40,490 nucleotides of DNA, taken from an uncultured Gammaproteobacteria bacterium (GTDB lineage: Bacteria; Patescibacteriota; Patescibacteriia; Magasanikbacterales; GWA2-37-8). The stretch is from positions 27,888-68,377 of the forward strand of contig CAZHTA010000004.1 in assembly GCA_964535515.1 (NCBI GenBank), written 5' to 3'. Under the pieces are notes generated by a model that ran no database searches, had not been told where the DNA came from, and saw nothing but the letters and a program-made list of their open reading frames with translations. Both the position numbers and the translations under genes were made by a program. Shown here in pieces: positions 26,864-36,564 of the stretch; position 1 is the stretch's first letter, and every line of letters begins with the position of its first letter.

Positions 26864-27682
26864 ATGGAGAATTTCTTATTACCTTCCAAAATAGAATTCC
26901 AGCCGGGCACCAATCCAATGACTGGATCCTTAGTAGTTACACCATGTTATCATGGCTATGGCACTACTTTAGGCAACGCTTTGCGTCGGGTGCTTTTATC
27001 TTCTCTCCCAGGAGGGGCAGTGGAATCTTTTAAGGTCAAAGGGGCGCAACATGAATTCAGCACCGTTGAAGGTGTGCAAGAAGATGTTGTGGAGATAATC
27101 TTGAGTTTGAAGCAATTGGCGGTTAAGGTATTTTCTGAAGAGCCAGTGTTGTTAACATTGTCCAAAAAAGGTCCAGGTCCAGTTACTGCTGCTGACATTG
27201 CCAAAGATGCGCGCGTAGAAATCGCGAACAAAGATTTGGTGATTGCCAACTTAACTAGTAACAAGACTTTGGAAATGGAAATTATGGTAGCTAATGGTCG
27301 TGGCTATCGTCCGGTAGAAGAAAAAGATCGTAAAAACTATGATCTCGGTACAATCGTAGTGGATTCGGTCTACAGTCCAGTTAAAGATGTTGGTTACAAG
27401 GTTGAATATACTCGTGTTGGTGATATCACTGACTATGAAAAATTGATCGTCAACATCGAAACTGATGGTACTGTTTCTCCGGAAGAAGCCGTTAATCAGG
27501 CAACCAGAATTTTGATGGATCATTTTGCGGTAATCGCGGAGAGTGTTGCACACCCCGTTAAATCTGCCCCAGTAGTAGAAGAGGAAATTTCTGTTGAACC
27601 AGAAATACAAGAGGAAGTAAAGGAAGAAGGGGAAGTAGAGGCAGAAAAAACTACTAAGAAAAAAGCAACTAAGAAGAAATAA
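26864..27682 (+). CDS. rpoA: RNA polymerase alpha subunit, N-terminal domain only. A charged tail replaces the alpha-CTD.
   Basis: RpoA NTD motifs (TPCYHGYGTTLGNALRRVLLSSLPGGA), a length of 272 aa, and an EEV/KKK-rich C-terminus. Confidence 0.8.
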   Translation: MENFLLPSKIEFQPGTNPMTGSLVVTPCYHGYGTTLGNALRRVLLSSLPGGAVESFKVKGAQHEFSTVEGVQEDVVEIILSLKQLAVKVFSEEPVLLTLSKKGPGPVTAADIAKDARVEIANKDLVIANLTSNKTLEMEIMVANGRGYRPVEEKDRKNYDLGTIVVDSVYSPVKDVGYKVEYTRVGDITDYEKLIVNIETDGTVSPEEAVNQATRILMDHFAVIAESVAHPVKSAPVVEEEISVEPEIQEEVKEEGEVEAEKTTKKKATKKK

Positions 27683-27686
27683 TTTT

Positions 27687-28037
27687 ATGCGTCACCAATC
27701 GAATAAAGTCACATTGGATCGCAAAGCTGCACCACGTCGTGCTCTTTTAGCTAATTTAGTGGAGAGTTTGGTTCTATACGAAAAAATTACCACTACTTTA
27801 GCAAAAGCTAAAGCTTTACGTCCAAGAGCAGAAAAGTTGATTACTATTGCTAAAGGTAATACCTTGGCTTCACGTCGTCAAATTTTGAAAGTTCTGTATA
27901 CCAAAAATGCCGTTAAGAAATTAATGGAAGTTTTGGGCCCACGTTATGCTGAACGAAAAGGTGGTTATACCCGTATCATTAAGCTCGGCGTTCGTAAGGG
28001 CGACGGTGCGGAAGAGGCGGTTATTGAATTAGTATAA
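27687..28037 (+). CDS. rplQ: 50S ribosomal protein L17
   Basis: MRHQSNKVTLDRKAAPRRALLANLVESLV. Confidence 0.9.
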   Translation: MRHQSNKVTLDRKAAPRRALLANLVESLVLYEKITTTLAKAKALRPRAEKLITIAKGNTLASRRQILKVLYTKNAVKKLMEVLGPRYAERKGGYTRIIKLGVRKGDGAEEAVIELV

Positions 28038-28041
28038 TCCT

Positions 28042-28392
28042 ATGTCAAGACATAAATTTACTTTTGATGCTACTGGTTTAGCACCGGGGAGATTAGCCAC
28101 CAAGATCGCGATGATTTTGATGGGTAAACACAAACCAACCTATGCCCCATATTTAGATGAGGGTGATAAGGTGGAGATTGAGAATGTTTCCTTGTTACGT
28201 TTTACTGGTAAGAAGATTGATCAAAAACTTTATCGACATCACTCAAATCACCCAGGTGGTTTGAAAGAAATTCCAGCGAAGAAGATGTTGAAAGAGAAGC
28301 CACAAGATGTTATCAAATTGGCTGTGATCAAGATGTTGCCAAAGAACAAGTTGCGTACTTTACGCATGAAGAGATTGACTTTTAAAAAGTAA
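28042..28392 (+). CDS. rplM: 50S ribosomal protein L13
   Basis: Length 116 aa. Conserved core around HSNHPGGLKEIPAKKMLKEKPQ...KNKLR. Confidence 0.85.
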   Translation: MSRHKFTFDATGLAPGRLATKIAMILMGKHKPTYAPYLDEGDKVEIENVSLLRFTGKKIDQKLYRHHSNHPGGLKEIPAKKMLKEKPQDVIKLAVIKMLPKNKLRTLRMKRLTFKK

Positions 28393-28395
28393 CCT

Positions 28396-28803
28396 ATGAC
28401 TAAAGTTGCGAAAAAAACTGATGAGAATCGCGCTGTCGGTCGTCGCAAGCGCGCTTCCGCTCGGGTACGTATTACAAAAGGAGAAGGCAAGATTGTTGTG
28501 AATGGAAAAGATTTTAAAGTATATTTTCCACACTTTTCACAGCAAGATGCTGTCATGGCACCATTAGTCGCTTTGGCTAAAGAAAAAGATTTGGATGTTT
28601 CGGTCAAAGTAGTTGGTGGCGGCAAGAAGGGTCAGTCTGTGGCTGTAGGCCATGGTATTGCCCGGGCTTTAGTGGTTTGGAACGAAGAGTTCAAGAAAAC
28701 CCTAAAGACACTTGGTCTTCTTACTCGTGATTCACGTATTAAGGAAAGAAAGAAATTTGGTTTGAAGAAAGCTAGACGTGCACCACAGTGGTCAAAGCGT
28801 TAA
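28396..28803 (+). CDS. rpsI: 30S ribosomal protein S9
   Basis: GGGKKGQSVAVGHGIARAL and C-terminal KRAPQWSKR. Confidence 0.9.
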   Translation: MTKVAKKTDENRAVGRRKRASARVRITKGEGKIVVNGKDFKVYFPHFSQQDAVMAPLVALAKEKDLDVSVKVVGGGKKGQSVAVGHGIARALVVWNEEFKKTLKTLGLLTRDSRIKERKKFGLKKARRAPQWSKR

Positions 28804-28829
28804 GCTGTTATATATTTTCAAAAGAAAAT

Positions 28830-28853
28830 CCTCCGGAAACGGAGGCTTTTTTT
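28830..28853 (+). terminator. Rho-independent terminator with a GAAA tetraloop
   Basis: cctccg GAAA cggagg followed by T8. Confidence 0.65.
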
Positions 28854-28857
28854 ATCT

Positions 28858-28886
28858 TTGCTTTTTTTATCTTTTTGCGCTAAAAT
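28858..28886 (+). promoter_or_regulatory. Candidate promoter: TTGCTT, 17-nt spacer, TAAAAT
   Basis: ttgctt at 28858-28863 and taaaat at 28881-28886. It sits within a tandem duplication of ctttttttatcttt. Confidence 0.35.
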
Positions 28887-28897
28887 ACAGGGGAAAT

Positions 28898-29893
28898 ATG
28901 GAAATAAAAATTGCCAACAATAAAGCTGTTTGGGATGATTTTTTGCTTAAAAACAAAGCGGTTTTTACGCAGTCTTGGGATTGGGGTAGTGTTTTGTTGT
29001 CAGAGGGTAAAAAAGTTGAAAGATTGCTGGTTTTGGATGGGTCTGAAATAACGGCTGCTATTTTAATAGTGTATAATTTTTTCCCTTTTGGTATTAAATA
29101 TGTGGCTAGTGCTTGGGGGCCAGTGTTTGCTGAGGGTTTGGAATCTAAGAGCGGGGAGTGTTTAGATTGTTTAGGTAAATATTTTAAAGATAACGGTTGT
29201 GTGTTTGCTCGAATTGAACCAATGGTTTCTCTTGGTGTTAAAAGTGTTTACAAATTGAGGCCAGTTAAGGACGTTAGCCCAAGTCATACATTGATTTTAG
29301 ATCTTACTTCTAGCGAAGATCAAATTATGTTGGGAATTGAGAAAAAAACCCGTTATGAAATTCGTCAGGCACAGAAAAACAATTTAGAAGTTAGAGAACA
29401 AAAGGATGAAAATATTTTTTGGAGTTTGATGAAAAAAACGGCGAGTCATGATGGTTTTCGCACTCACCCAGAAGAACATTACAAAAAAATATTAGCCAGT
29501 GAAAATAGTGTGCAGTTAAATGCGTATTATCATGGCCAACCAATTGCTACAGCGATCTTTTGGGGTTGGGGTAATATGTTTACATATTTATTTGCGGCAA
29601 CGGATCGTAATTTTAGTAGTTTGTCTGCTGCTTATTTAATTCAGTGGGAAGCGATTAAATTAGCGAAGAGTCGTGAATTTGCGTTATATGATTTTTTTGG
29701 TGTAGCACCAAAGACGTCGGCAGTAGATGCGCCTTATGATTATGATCGCAAACATCGTTATGCTGGTTTTACTAAATTCAAAGTAGGCTTTGGTGGTCAG
29801 TACAAGAAATTTCAAGGTACCTATGATTTAGTGTTAGATTCAAGCAAATATTATTTTTATTTACTCTTACGTTTAATTAAGCGGATATTCTAG
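28898..29893 (+). CDS. FemAB-family (Fem/MurM-like peptidoglycan branch aminoacyltransferase) protein, paralog 1
   Basis: Shares a conserved C-terminus with the next gene (YDFFGVAPK...YDYD.KHRYAG.T.FK.GF.G). Length fits the family. The first ATG after the rpsI terminator is at 28898. Confidence 0.45.
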   Translation: MEIKIANNKAVWDDFLLKNKAVFTQSWDWGSVLLSEGKKVERLLVLDGSEITAAILIVYNFFPFGIKYVASAWGPVFAEGLESKSGECLDCLGKYFKDNGCVFARIEPMVSLGVKSVYKLRPVKDVSPSHTLILDLTSSEDQIMLGIEKKTRYEIRQAQKNNLEVREQKDENIFWSLMKKTASHDGFRTHPEEHYKKILASENSVQLNAYYHGQPIATAIFWGWGNMFTYLFAATDRNFSSLSAAYLIQWEAIKLAKSREFALYDFFGVAPKTSAVDAPYDYDRKHRYAGFTKFKVGFGGQYKKFQGTYDLVLDSSKYYFYLLLRLIKRIF

Positions 29894-29898
29894 TTGGT

Positions 29899-30897
29899 AT
29901 GCTAAAAGTGATTGATAACAAAAATGAGTGGGACAGATTGTTGACGTGTTTTGTTGCTTCTTTTTTACATTCGTGGGAATGGGGCTGTGTCTTGGTTGGT
30001 AGCGGACAAAAGATTGAGCGAATATTAATTGAGAATAACGGCGCAAGTTTGTTGGCTTTGTTAGTTTTTAAAAGTTTACCTTTTGATAAGAAATTTGTTT
30101 TTATTCCTACTGGTCCGTTAATGATTGGTGGTGGGGTTGAAAGTGAAAAGAATTGGCAAGAGTTAATTGCGTATGTAAAAGAAAAAGGAAATATATTTTT
30201 AAAGATTGAACCAAACAATACTGAATTGTTACCTAAGTTTGTTAAACGTTTATCTAAAACAGTTAAAGATGTTAATCCAATGGCAACAATGGTATTGGAT
30301 TTATCTAAGTCAATTGAGGAGATTTCCCAAGCGCTTCATCAAAAGACTAGGTACAATATTAACTTGGCGGAAAAGAAGGGTTTAGTTGTGAAGTGGGAAA
30401 AGAATTTTCCGATATTTTGGGAGTTGATGAAAAAAACCGGTAGTCGTGATGGTTTTGCGTTGCATCCAGGAAAAAATTATCAAGCAGCGATTAATAGTCC
30501 AGTTACGCGTCAGGTAACAATTTATTCGGGTAATATTCCAATAGCGACAGGGTGCTTTTGGATCTTTAAAGATACCTGTTATTATCTCTATGGCGCGTCT
30601 GACCATGATCACCGTCAATTAATGGCGCCATATTTAGTACAATGGGAAGCCATTAGAATGGCTAAAGGCTCAGGTTGTAAGTATTATGATTTTTTTGGTG
30701 TAGCACCGAAGATTAGCAGCAAGAGTGATGAGGAGTATGATTATGACCCAAAGCATCGTTATGCGGGTGTAACCCGCTTTAAATTGGGTTTTAATGGTGT
30801 TGTTAAGGAAACACCGGGTACGTTTGATTTGCCATTAAACCGGTTTTGGTATTGTGTATATTATTTATCACGTCGAATCCGCGGATTAAAAGTTTAG
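29899..30897 (+). CDS. FemAB-family protein, paralog 2
   Basis: Tandem paralog of the previous gene carrying the same C-terminal motif block. Confidence 0.45.
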   Translation: MLKVIDNKNEWDRLLTCFVASFLHSWEWGCVLVGSGQKIERILIENNGASLLALLVFKSLPFDKKFVFIPTGPLMIGGGVESEKNWQELIAYVKEKGNIFLKIEPNNTELLPKFVKRLSKTVKDVNPMATMVLDLSKSIEEISQALHQKTRYNINLAEKKGLVVKWEKNFPIFWELMKKTGSRDGFALHPGKNYQAAINSPVTRQVTIYSGNIPIATGCFWIFKDTCYYLYGASDHDHRQLMAPYLVQWEAIRMAKGSGCKYYDFFGVAPKISSKSDEEYDYDPKHRYAGVTRFKLGFNGVVKETPGTFDLPLNRFWYCVYYLSRRIRGLKV

Positions 30898-30899
30898 TT

Positions 30900-32351
30900 A
30901 TGTCTTACAGTGTTGCACAAAATGCTACTTTTTTAACAGTTGCCTCTATCTTTCAGCGGATCATTTCTTTTGGCTATTTTATTTTTATTGCCCGAACCAT
31001 TGGGGTAGAGAATACGGGGCAGTATTTTTTTGCGATCGCGTTTACTGCAGTGTTTACGGTAGTTGCTGATTTTGGTTTAAATTTGGCGTTGACACGCGAA
31101 GCAGCACGTAATGATAAAGATTTTGAAACTTATGCTAGCACAATTTTTTGGTCTAAAATTGTTTTTGGTATTTTGTCTTACGGGTTGGTTGTTTTATTTG
31201 CTAATTTACTAGGTTATCCAGTTGCTTTAAAACATCTAATATATTTATCGGGTGTAACAATGTTTTTAGATAATATTCATGCCATTTTTTATAGTTTATT
31301 TCGGGCGCGTAAGAATTTATTATTTGAAGGTATTGGTTTTATTGGTTCACAATTTTTAACTTTGGTGGTGGGTAGTGTGGCGCTATTAATGCACCTGCCG
31401 TTGTATTGGTTAATTTTGGCTTATACTATTCCTTCGGCGTGTAATGTTTTGTATGTTTCTATTGCTGCTCGATTAAAATTGGGGATAAGAATTCGTTGGC
31501 AGTGGGACAGTAAAATGGCTTGGTGGTTTTTAGGTATAGCTGTGCCATTCGCAATTGCTGGGATTATCAATCGGTTGTATTCATACAGTGATTCAATTTT
31601 GATGTCTAAATTACTCACTCACACTGAACTTGGTTTGTGGAGCGTTCCGTACAAGATTAATTTTGCTTTTCAGTTTATCCCTGCAGCCTTGACTGCTAGT
31701 ATTTATCCGGCCATGAGCACGTTGTTTATAACCGATCGCGAGCAGATTGGTGTTTTGTTTGTTAAGGCTTGGCGATATTTGCTGTTAGTAGTGTTGCCGA
31801 TTACTTTTGGGTTATGGGCGGTGGCTGAACCAGTAATTGTGAAGTTGTATGGCCAATCATATTTACCGTCAGTTCCAGTATTAAAAATATTATTAATTAG
31901 TCTGGTGTTAAGTTTCTTGAGTTTTGTTACTGGGGCTACCTTAAATGCAGTCAACAAACAAAAGGTGCAGACTATGTTGTTGGCGGCATCATTGTTAGTG
32001 AGTGTAACCATGAATTTAATTCTGTTGCCAATTTTTGGAATTTTGGGAGCGGCAATTACTGCTGGAGTTAGTAATATCATTTTAACTGGTGGGGGAGCGA
32101 TAATGGTAAGACGTAATGTTGTTATTCGTTGGCGAACGATTTTGGATTATTTGTGGCGTATTTTGTTGTCAGCTGGGATAATGGGGATAGTGGCATATTT
32201 ATTAATACAAAAGATTAGTTTTGTTATTGTGATTCCAGTGGCGGGTGTAATATATTTTGCCTTATTATTTTTAACACGAGCAGTAACAAAAGATTTATTG
32301 TTATCAGTAATTAGAAAAACAAAAATTGAAGATACAAATAATGTAGTATGA
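30900..32351 (+). CDS. Polysaccharide/lipid-linked oligosaccharide flippase (MOP/Wzx-MurJ-like)
   Basis: About 14 predicted TM helices and a Wzx-like N-terminus (FLTVASIFQRIISFGYFIFIAR). The ATG at 30900 lies just after the stop of the previous gene. Confidence 0.55.
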   Translation: MSYSVAQNATFLTVASIFQRIISFGYFIFIARTIGVENTGQYFFAIAFTAVFTVVADFGLNLALTREAARNDKDFETYASTIFWSKIVFGILSYGLVVLFANLLGYPVALKHLIYLSGVTMFLDNIHAIFYSLFRARKNLLFEGIGFIGSQFLTLVVGSVALLMHLPLYWLILAYTIPSACNVLYVSIAARLKLGIRIRWQWDSKMAWWFLGIAVPFAIAGIINRLYSYSDSILMSKLLTHTELGLWSVPYKINFAFQFIPAALTASIYPAMSTLFITDREQIGVLFVKAWRYLLLVVLPITFGLWAVAEPVIVKLYGQSYLPSVPVLKILLISLVLSFLSFVTGATLNAVNKQKVQTMLLAASLLVSVTMNLILLPIFGILGAAITAGVSNIILTGGGAIMVRRNVVIRWRTILDYLWRILLSAGIMGIVAYLLIQKISFVIVIPVAGVIYFALLFLTRAVTKDLLLSVIRKTKIEDTNNVV

Positions 32352-33460
32352 AAACTTTAATTATCACTCTTGAATATCCACCGCAGATTGGTGGAATCGC
32401 CTCGTATGTTTACAATTTTGTTAAGCACTATTCTTTAGGTGAAGTAATGGTGTATGCGCCGACTATGCCAGGTGGAACTGAGTTTGACATTAAGAATTCT
32501 TGGAAAACAATTCGCCTTAAGCCTTTTTGGGGTTTGCGTCCAAGGTGGTTTAAGTTGTTGTTGCAATTACGTAAGATTATTAAGCAAGAACAAATTAGCG
32601 AGTTGTTTGTTCACCATGTTTTACCCGTTGGTTATGTTGCATATTTGTTGAAGAAAAATTTAGGTATTTCTTATACAATATTTTTGCACGGTACTGATTT
32701 GGAAATGGCGACTAACAAACGTAGTAAAACAAAAAAGTTTGCTAAGATTTGTTTGAATGCGAATAGAGTGGTAGTGAATAGCGAATTTTTGAAAAACAAA
32801 TTATCGAATAAAGTGGAGGGTTTAAAAAATGTTGTGGTATTGTATCCGTGTCCAGGTGATCAATTTTTACAGCCTACTAATCAAGAAGAATTAGAAATAT
32901 TACGTTCTAAGTTAGCTTTAAATGGTAAGAAAGTTTTGTTGACCGTGGCACGTATGGCAGAAGGCAAGGGTTTTCCACATTTAATTCGTTTGTTGCCACA
33001 GATTTTGCAAAAGGTGCCAAATTTAGTTTGGTTAGTGATTGGCGATGGCCCGAAACGGCCAATGTTAGTAGATATGGTGCAGCAAAATAGTCTGCAAAAT
33101 GTTACGCGCTTTTTAGGGGTAGTGCCATATGAAGATTTGGCTAAATACTACAAGCTAGCTGATTTGTTTGTTTTGTTAACCCACAAAGATGAAAGTTCGG
33201 AAGAAGGATGGGGGACAGTATTTTTAGAAGCTGCCGCTAGCAGTCTCCCGGTAGTAGCGGGACGTGTGGGTGGAGTGGAAGAGGTAGTTGATAATTTACG
33301 TACGGGAATTTTAGTGGATGTGTATCAGGATATGAGTGTAGTATCGGGAGTGGCGGACTTATTGCGAGAAGAAAAATATGCGAAAGAGTTAGGAATGGCA
33401 GGGCACGAACGGGTGTTAGCTGAATTTACTTGGGAAAAACAGATTGATAAATTGAAGTAG
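32348..33460 (+). CDS. Glycosyltransferase family 4 (GT-B, group 1)
   Basis: EGWGTVFLEAAASSLPVVAGRVGGVEEVV, the E-x7-E region. Confidence 0.7.
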   Translation: MKTLIITLEYPPQIGGIASYVYNFVKHYSLGEVMVYAPTMPGGTEFDIKNSWKTIRLKPFWGLRPRWFKLLLQLRKIIKQEQISELFVHHVLPVGYVAYLLKKNLGISYTIFLHGTDLEMATNKRSKTKKFAKICLNANRVVVNSEFLKNKLSNKVEGLKNVVVLYPCPGDQFLQPTNQEELEILRSKLALNGKKVLLTVARMAEGKGFPHLIRLLPQILQKVPNLVWLVIGDGPKRPMLVDMVQQNSLQNVTRFLGVVPYEDLAKYYKLADLFVLLTHKDESSEEGWGTVFLEAAASSLPVVAGRVGGVEEVVDNLRTGILVDVYQDMSVVSGVADLLREEKYAKELGMAGHERVLAEFTWEKQIDKLK

Positions 33461-33468
33461 TTTGTTAT

Positions 33469-34830
33469 ATGGAACAGGTGAATATTAAAAGATACAAAGA
33501 TTCTTTTAAGTGGCAGTTTGGTGCTTATCCTTTTTTTACTTCGGTTTTTACTAAATGCGCTGATTTGAAAATTAAAAAGAAACATCATCTTTGTTTTAAT
33601 GAATATATTAGTAATTTTGAAAATGATTCAGTAACAGCGTTTATTCCATGGGAAGTTTTTGAAACACCTGGTAGGAAGATTATTAAAAAAATACTAGCAG
33701 GGGACAAGTATTATTATAACGAAATAAAAAGAACACATAGTGCAGTTAAAAAAGCTATTGCAGCATGTTTGTTGGCGCGGTCTAAAAATGTTAATGAATT
33801 GGGTAGGTGGTGGAGATTAACTCAGGATGCGCTATCGGATGTTAGTCGTGTATTATATTCATTTGATTTTACTTTTGATTTATTTTTAAATGAATTAAGA
33901 GCGAAGGATCAGGATTTGTTTGTGGTGTTGTTAGAGAATATAAAAACAAAAGAAAAATCTTTTCTTGAGGAAGCCTCGGCTAAGTTGTTAAAATTAAAAT
34001 CAGAAAGCAGTGATTTTAAAAAGGTCTATATTAAATTTGTTAAAGAGTTTGGGTGGTTTCAAAATAGTTATAGAGGAGTTTTTAAATTCGATGAGACTTG
34101 GTTGAAACAGTATTTAAAAAATATTTTGCAGCCAAATAAAAAGGACAAAGCAAAGGCGCCGGGCGTTGTTCCGTCTAAATACAAGTTATTAGTTAAGTTG
34201 GCGAAAGAAACGATAGTGTTTAGAGATGACAAGAAAAAATTATTACTAGTCGCAGCAGATGTGATGGATAGTTGGCTAAGGAGAGTTTGCAAAGAACACG
34301 GTTGGTCTTTTGAAGCAATGCGTTGGTTAACAGTAGATGAGATATTGGATGTAATAGAAAATGGTAATAAAAAGAATTTGGTGTTGGCAGAAAAATATTA
34401 CAAAGCCAAGCGACGCATTGGTGTTATGGTCAGTACAGGTTATTTAGATATTAGTAAAAAAGATTGGGACAAAATATATTTGTTGTACTTTACTTCTAAG
34501 AGTGGTTTGGTAAAAGGATTGGCAGCTAACAAAGGTGTCTATAGAGGAACGGTGCGAGTAATTTTAGATCCAGTGAAGGATGCAAAAAAGTTTTATCCAG
34601 GAGATGTTTTAGTCGCCTCGATGACTCGTCCGGAGTATATTAGTCTAATGAGTAAGGCGGGTGCTTTTGTGACTGATGAAGGTGGAATATCTTGTCATGC
34701 TGCTATTGTGGCTAGAGAAATGGGGAAGCCGTGTATTATTGGCACCAGAAATGCTACTAAGATGTTAAAGGATGGTGATTTTGTGGAGGTGGATGCTAAT
34801 ATTGGAATTATTAAAGTCGTTAAAAATTAA
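33469..34830 (+). CDS. Swivel paralog G: N-terminal module plus PEP-utilizer phosphohistidine domain
   Basis: DEGGISCHAAIVAREMGKPCIIGT. The N-terminal half shares the family pattern (VKEFGWFQNSY). Confidence 0.7.
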   Translation: MEQVNIKRYKDSFKWQFGAYPFFTSVFTKCADLKIKKKHHLCFNEYISNFENDSVTAFIPWEVFETPGRKIIKKILAGDKYYYNEIKRTHSAVKKAIAACLLARSKNVNELGRWWRLTQDALSDVSRVLYSFDFTFDLFLNELRAKDQDLFVVLLENIKTKEKSFLEEASAKLLKLKSESSDFKKVYIKFVKEFGWFQNSYRGVFKFDETWLKQYLKNILQPNKKDKAKAPGVVPSKYKLLVKLAKETIVFRDDKKKLLLVAADVMDSWLRRVCKEHGWSFEAMRWLTVDEILDVIENGNKKNLVLAEKYYKAKRRIGVMVSTGYLDISKKDWDKIYLLYFTSKSGLVKGLAANKGVYRGTVRVILDPVKDAKKFYPGDVLVASMTRPEYISLMSKAGAFVTDEGGISCHAAIVAREMGKPCIIGTRNATKMLKDGDFVEVDANIGIIKVVKN

Positions 34831-34843
34831 TTTACGATTGTAA

Positions 34844-35461
34844 ATGATTATGAATAAGTCTTTTATCTTTGATTGGTCTGGGACGCTAAGTGACAATTTC
34901 AACTGCTTTTGTAAAGTGTGTGATTTGATGTTTCCGGAATTAGGGCGAGAAAAAATTACTCCTGAAGAAATTAGGAAGGAGTTTACTTTACCGTATATGT
35001 CTTTTTGGAATAAATATTTTCCGGAATTATCCCAAGAAAAACAATGTGGAATGTATGTAAAATATATTCATCAGGTTGGTAATCCGAATCTTTATCCGGG
35101 TGTAAAAGAAGTAATTACAGCATTGCATGGCGGTGGTCATAAGATATTTATTGCAAGTTCCGATCCAGAATCAAAGATAACAGAAGAAATTGAAGCTTCA
35201 GGTTTAAAGGATTTTTTAAGTGGGTATTATTTTGAATTACAAGATAAGACTGAAAAGATTATGGAGCTGGTTAATAATACGCCTTTAGATATTAACAGTA
35301 CTTACTATATTGGTGATACTTTTGGTGATGTTGAGATGGGTAAAAAAGCGGGTGTTAAAACAGTTGGTATTTCTTGGGGGTTTCAGAGTCGTGAGGGTTT
35401 GGCTCTGAGTAAACCGGATTTTTTAATTGATGATATTTTAGAGATTAAAAATATTATATAA
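34844..35461 (+). CDS. HAD-superfamily phosphatase
   Basis: Motif I FIFDWSGTLSDN (DxxGT), motif IV YYIGDTFGDVEMGKKAG and a cap region. Confidence 0.7.
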   Translation: MIMNKSFIFDWSGTLSDNFNCFCKVCDLMFPELGREKITPEEIRKEFTLPYMSFWNKYFPELSQEKQCGMYVKYIHQVGNPNLYPGVKEVITALHGGGHKIFIASSDPESKITEEIEASGLKDFLSGYYFELQDKTEKIMELVNNTPLDINSTYYIGDTFGDVEMGKKAGVKTVGISWGFQSREGLALSKPDFLIDDILEIKNII

Positions 35462-35466
35462 ATTTT

Positions 35467-36561
35467 GTGCGTTCAGTATTGAATACAATTAAAAAATTTG
35501 ATTTAGAAGTGGCCACTAAAAGACCTCTACCTTTGTTTACCTTGAGTTGTATAGGGAAAACCTATGTGGATGTATTAAAAAAGAAATATTTTAAGTGTAA
35601 TTATGAGGCTGTAGCTGGTTGGGGTGATAAAAATGGTTTTGTATCTTTACTTAATGAAGAGGCGGTGGTGGATACAATGGCAAATAAGTTAAAAAAAGAA
35701 AAAGATATAAAAAAGAAGTTTGTGGTACCTCTACAAACCAATTTTGTAAAGTTTAAGAAAGAATTTAATGTATTGTTGTCTAATTTGGGAAGAAAGAATG
35801 CGTTGTTAAGTTTAAAACTTTTGTCTAAGTATTATATTGACTATCTCGTGATCTTAGGTAGCTTGAATTGTCTTTGGCGATATATTGGTGATAACGCCGT
35901 AACAAAGTGTAACAAAAAAGACATTGAATATTTTGCCAAAGCCAGGGGAAATGTTGCAGAAATATATCCGCAGATGGAAGGGGCTCTTTCTTTGTTGTGT
36001 AACAAAATTGGTGAGCAGCAAAAATTTGACGGCGATTTGTTGCGATATTTTACTCGCGCAGAGTTAGATAATTTTTTAGACAAAAAGGAATTGTTAAATT
36101 TGGAAAAGCAACAAAAGTTAAAGAAGAGGAAAGTTGGATATTTTTATATTTACACTAAAAATACTGAAGAAGTTGTAACTGAGGACAACGTTTTAATAAA
36201 AAAGATCAAACAGTTTGCACTTAAAAATAGCCAGCCCAAGTCAGGATTAAAAGGTACAGTTGTTTATCTAGGCAAGGTAGAAGCAAAGGTGTTTAATTTT
36301 GATCAAAATTTTAAGAAAGCACCTGCTGGTAAATTTATTTTGGTAACACACATGACTCATCCTAAAGATTTAACGTTGATTAAAAAATCACTAGGGATAA
36401 TTACTGATGAAGGGGGAGTGTTGTGTCATGCGGCGATTATGGCGCGTGAACTCAAGAAGCCGTGTATAATTGGTACAAAGGTGGCTACGCAATTATTAAA
36501 AACCGGTATGAGTGTTGAATTAGATTGTTACAAAGGAACTATTAAAATAATTAAAAAATAA
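35467..36561 (+). CDS. Swivel paralog H: N-terminal module plus PEP-utilizer phosphohistidine domain
   Basis: DEGGVLCHAAIMARELKKPCIIGT. GTG start at 35467. Confidence 0.65.
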   Translation: MRSVLNTIKKFDLEVATKRPLPLFTLSCIGKTYVDVLKKKYFKCNYEAVAGWGDKNGFVSLLNEEAVVDTMANKLKKEKDIKKKFVVPLQTNFVKFKKEFNVLLSNLGRKNALLSLKLLSKYYIDYLVILGSLNCLWRYIGDNAVTKCNKKDIEYFAKARGNVAEIYPQMEGALSLLCNKIGEQQKFDGDLLRYFTRAELDNFLDKKELLNLEKQQKLKKRKVGYFYIYTKNTEEVVTEDNVLIKKIKQFALKNSQPKSGLKGTVVYLGKVEAKVFNFDQNFKKAPAGKFILVTHMTHPKDLTLIKKSLGIITDEGGVLCHAAIMARELKKPCIIGTKVATQLLKTGMSVELDCYKGTIKIIKK

Positions 36562-36564
36562 AAT

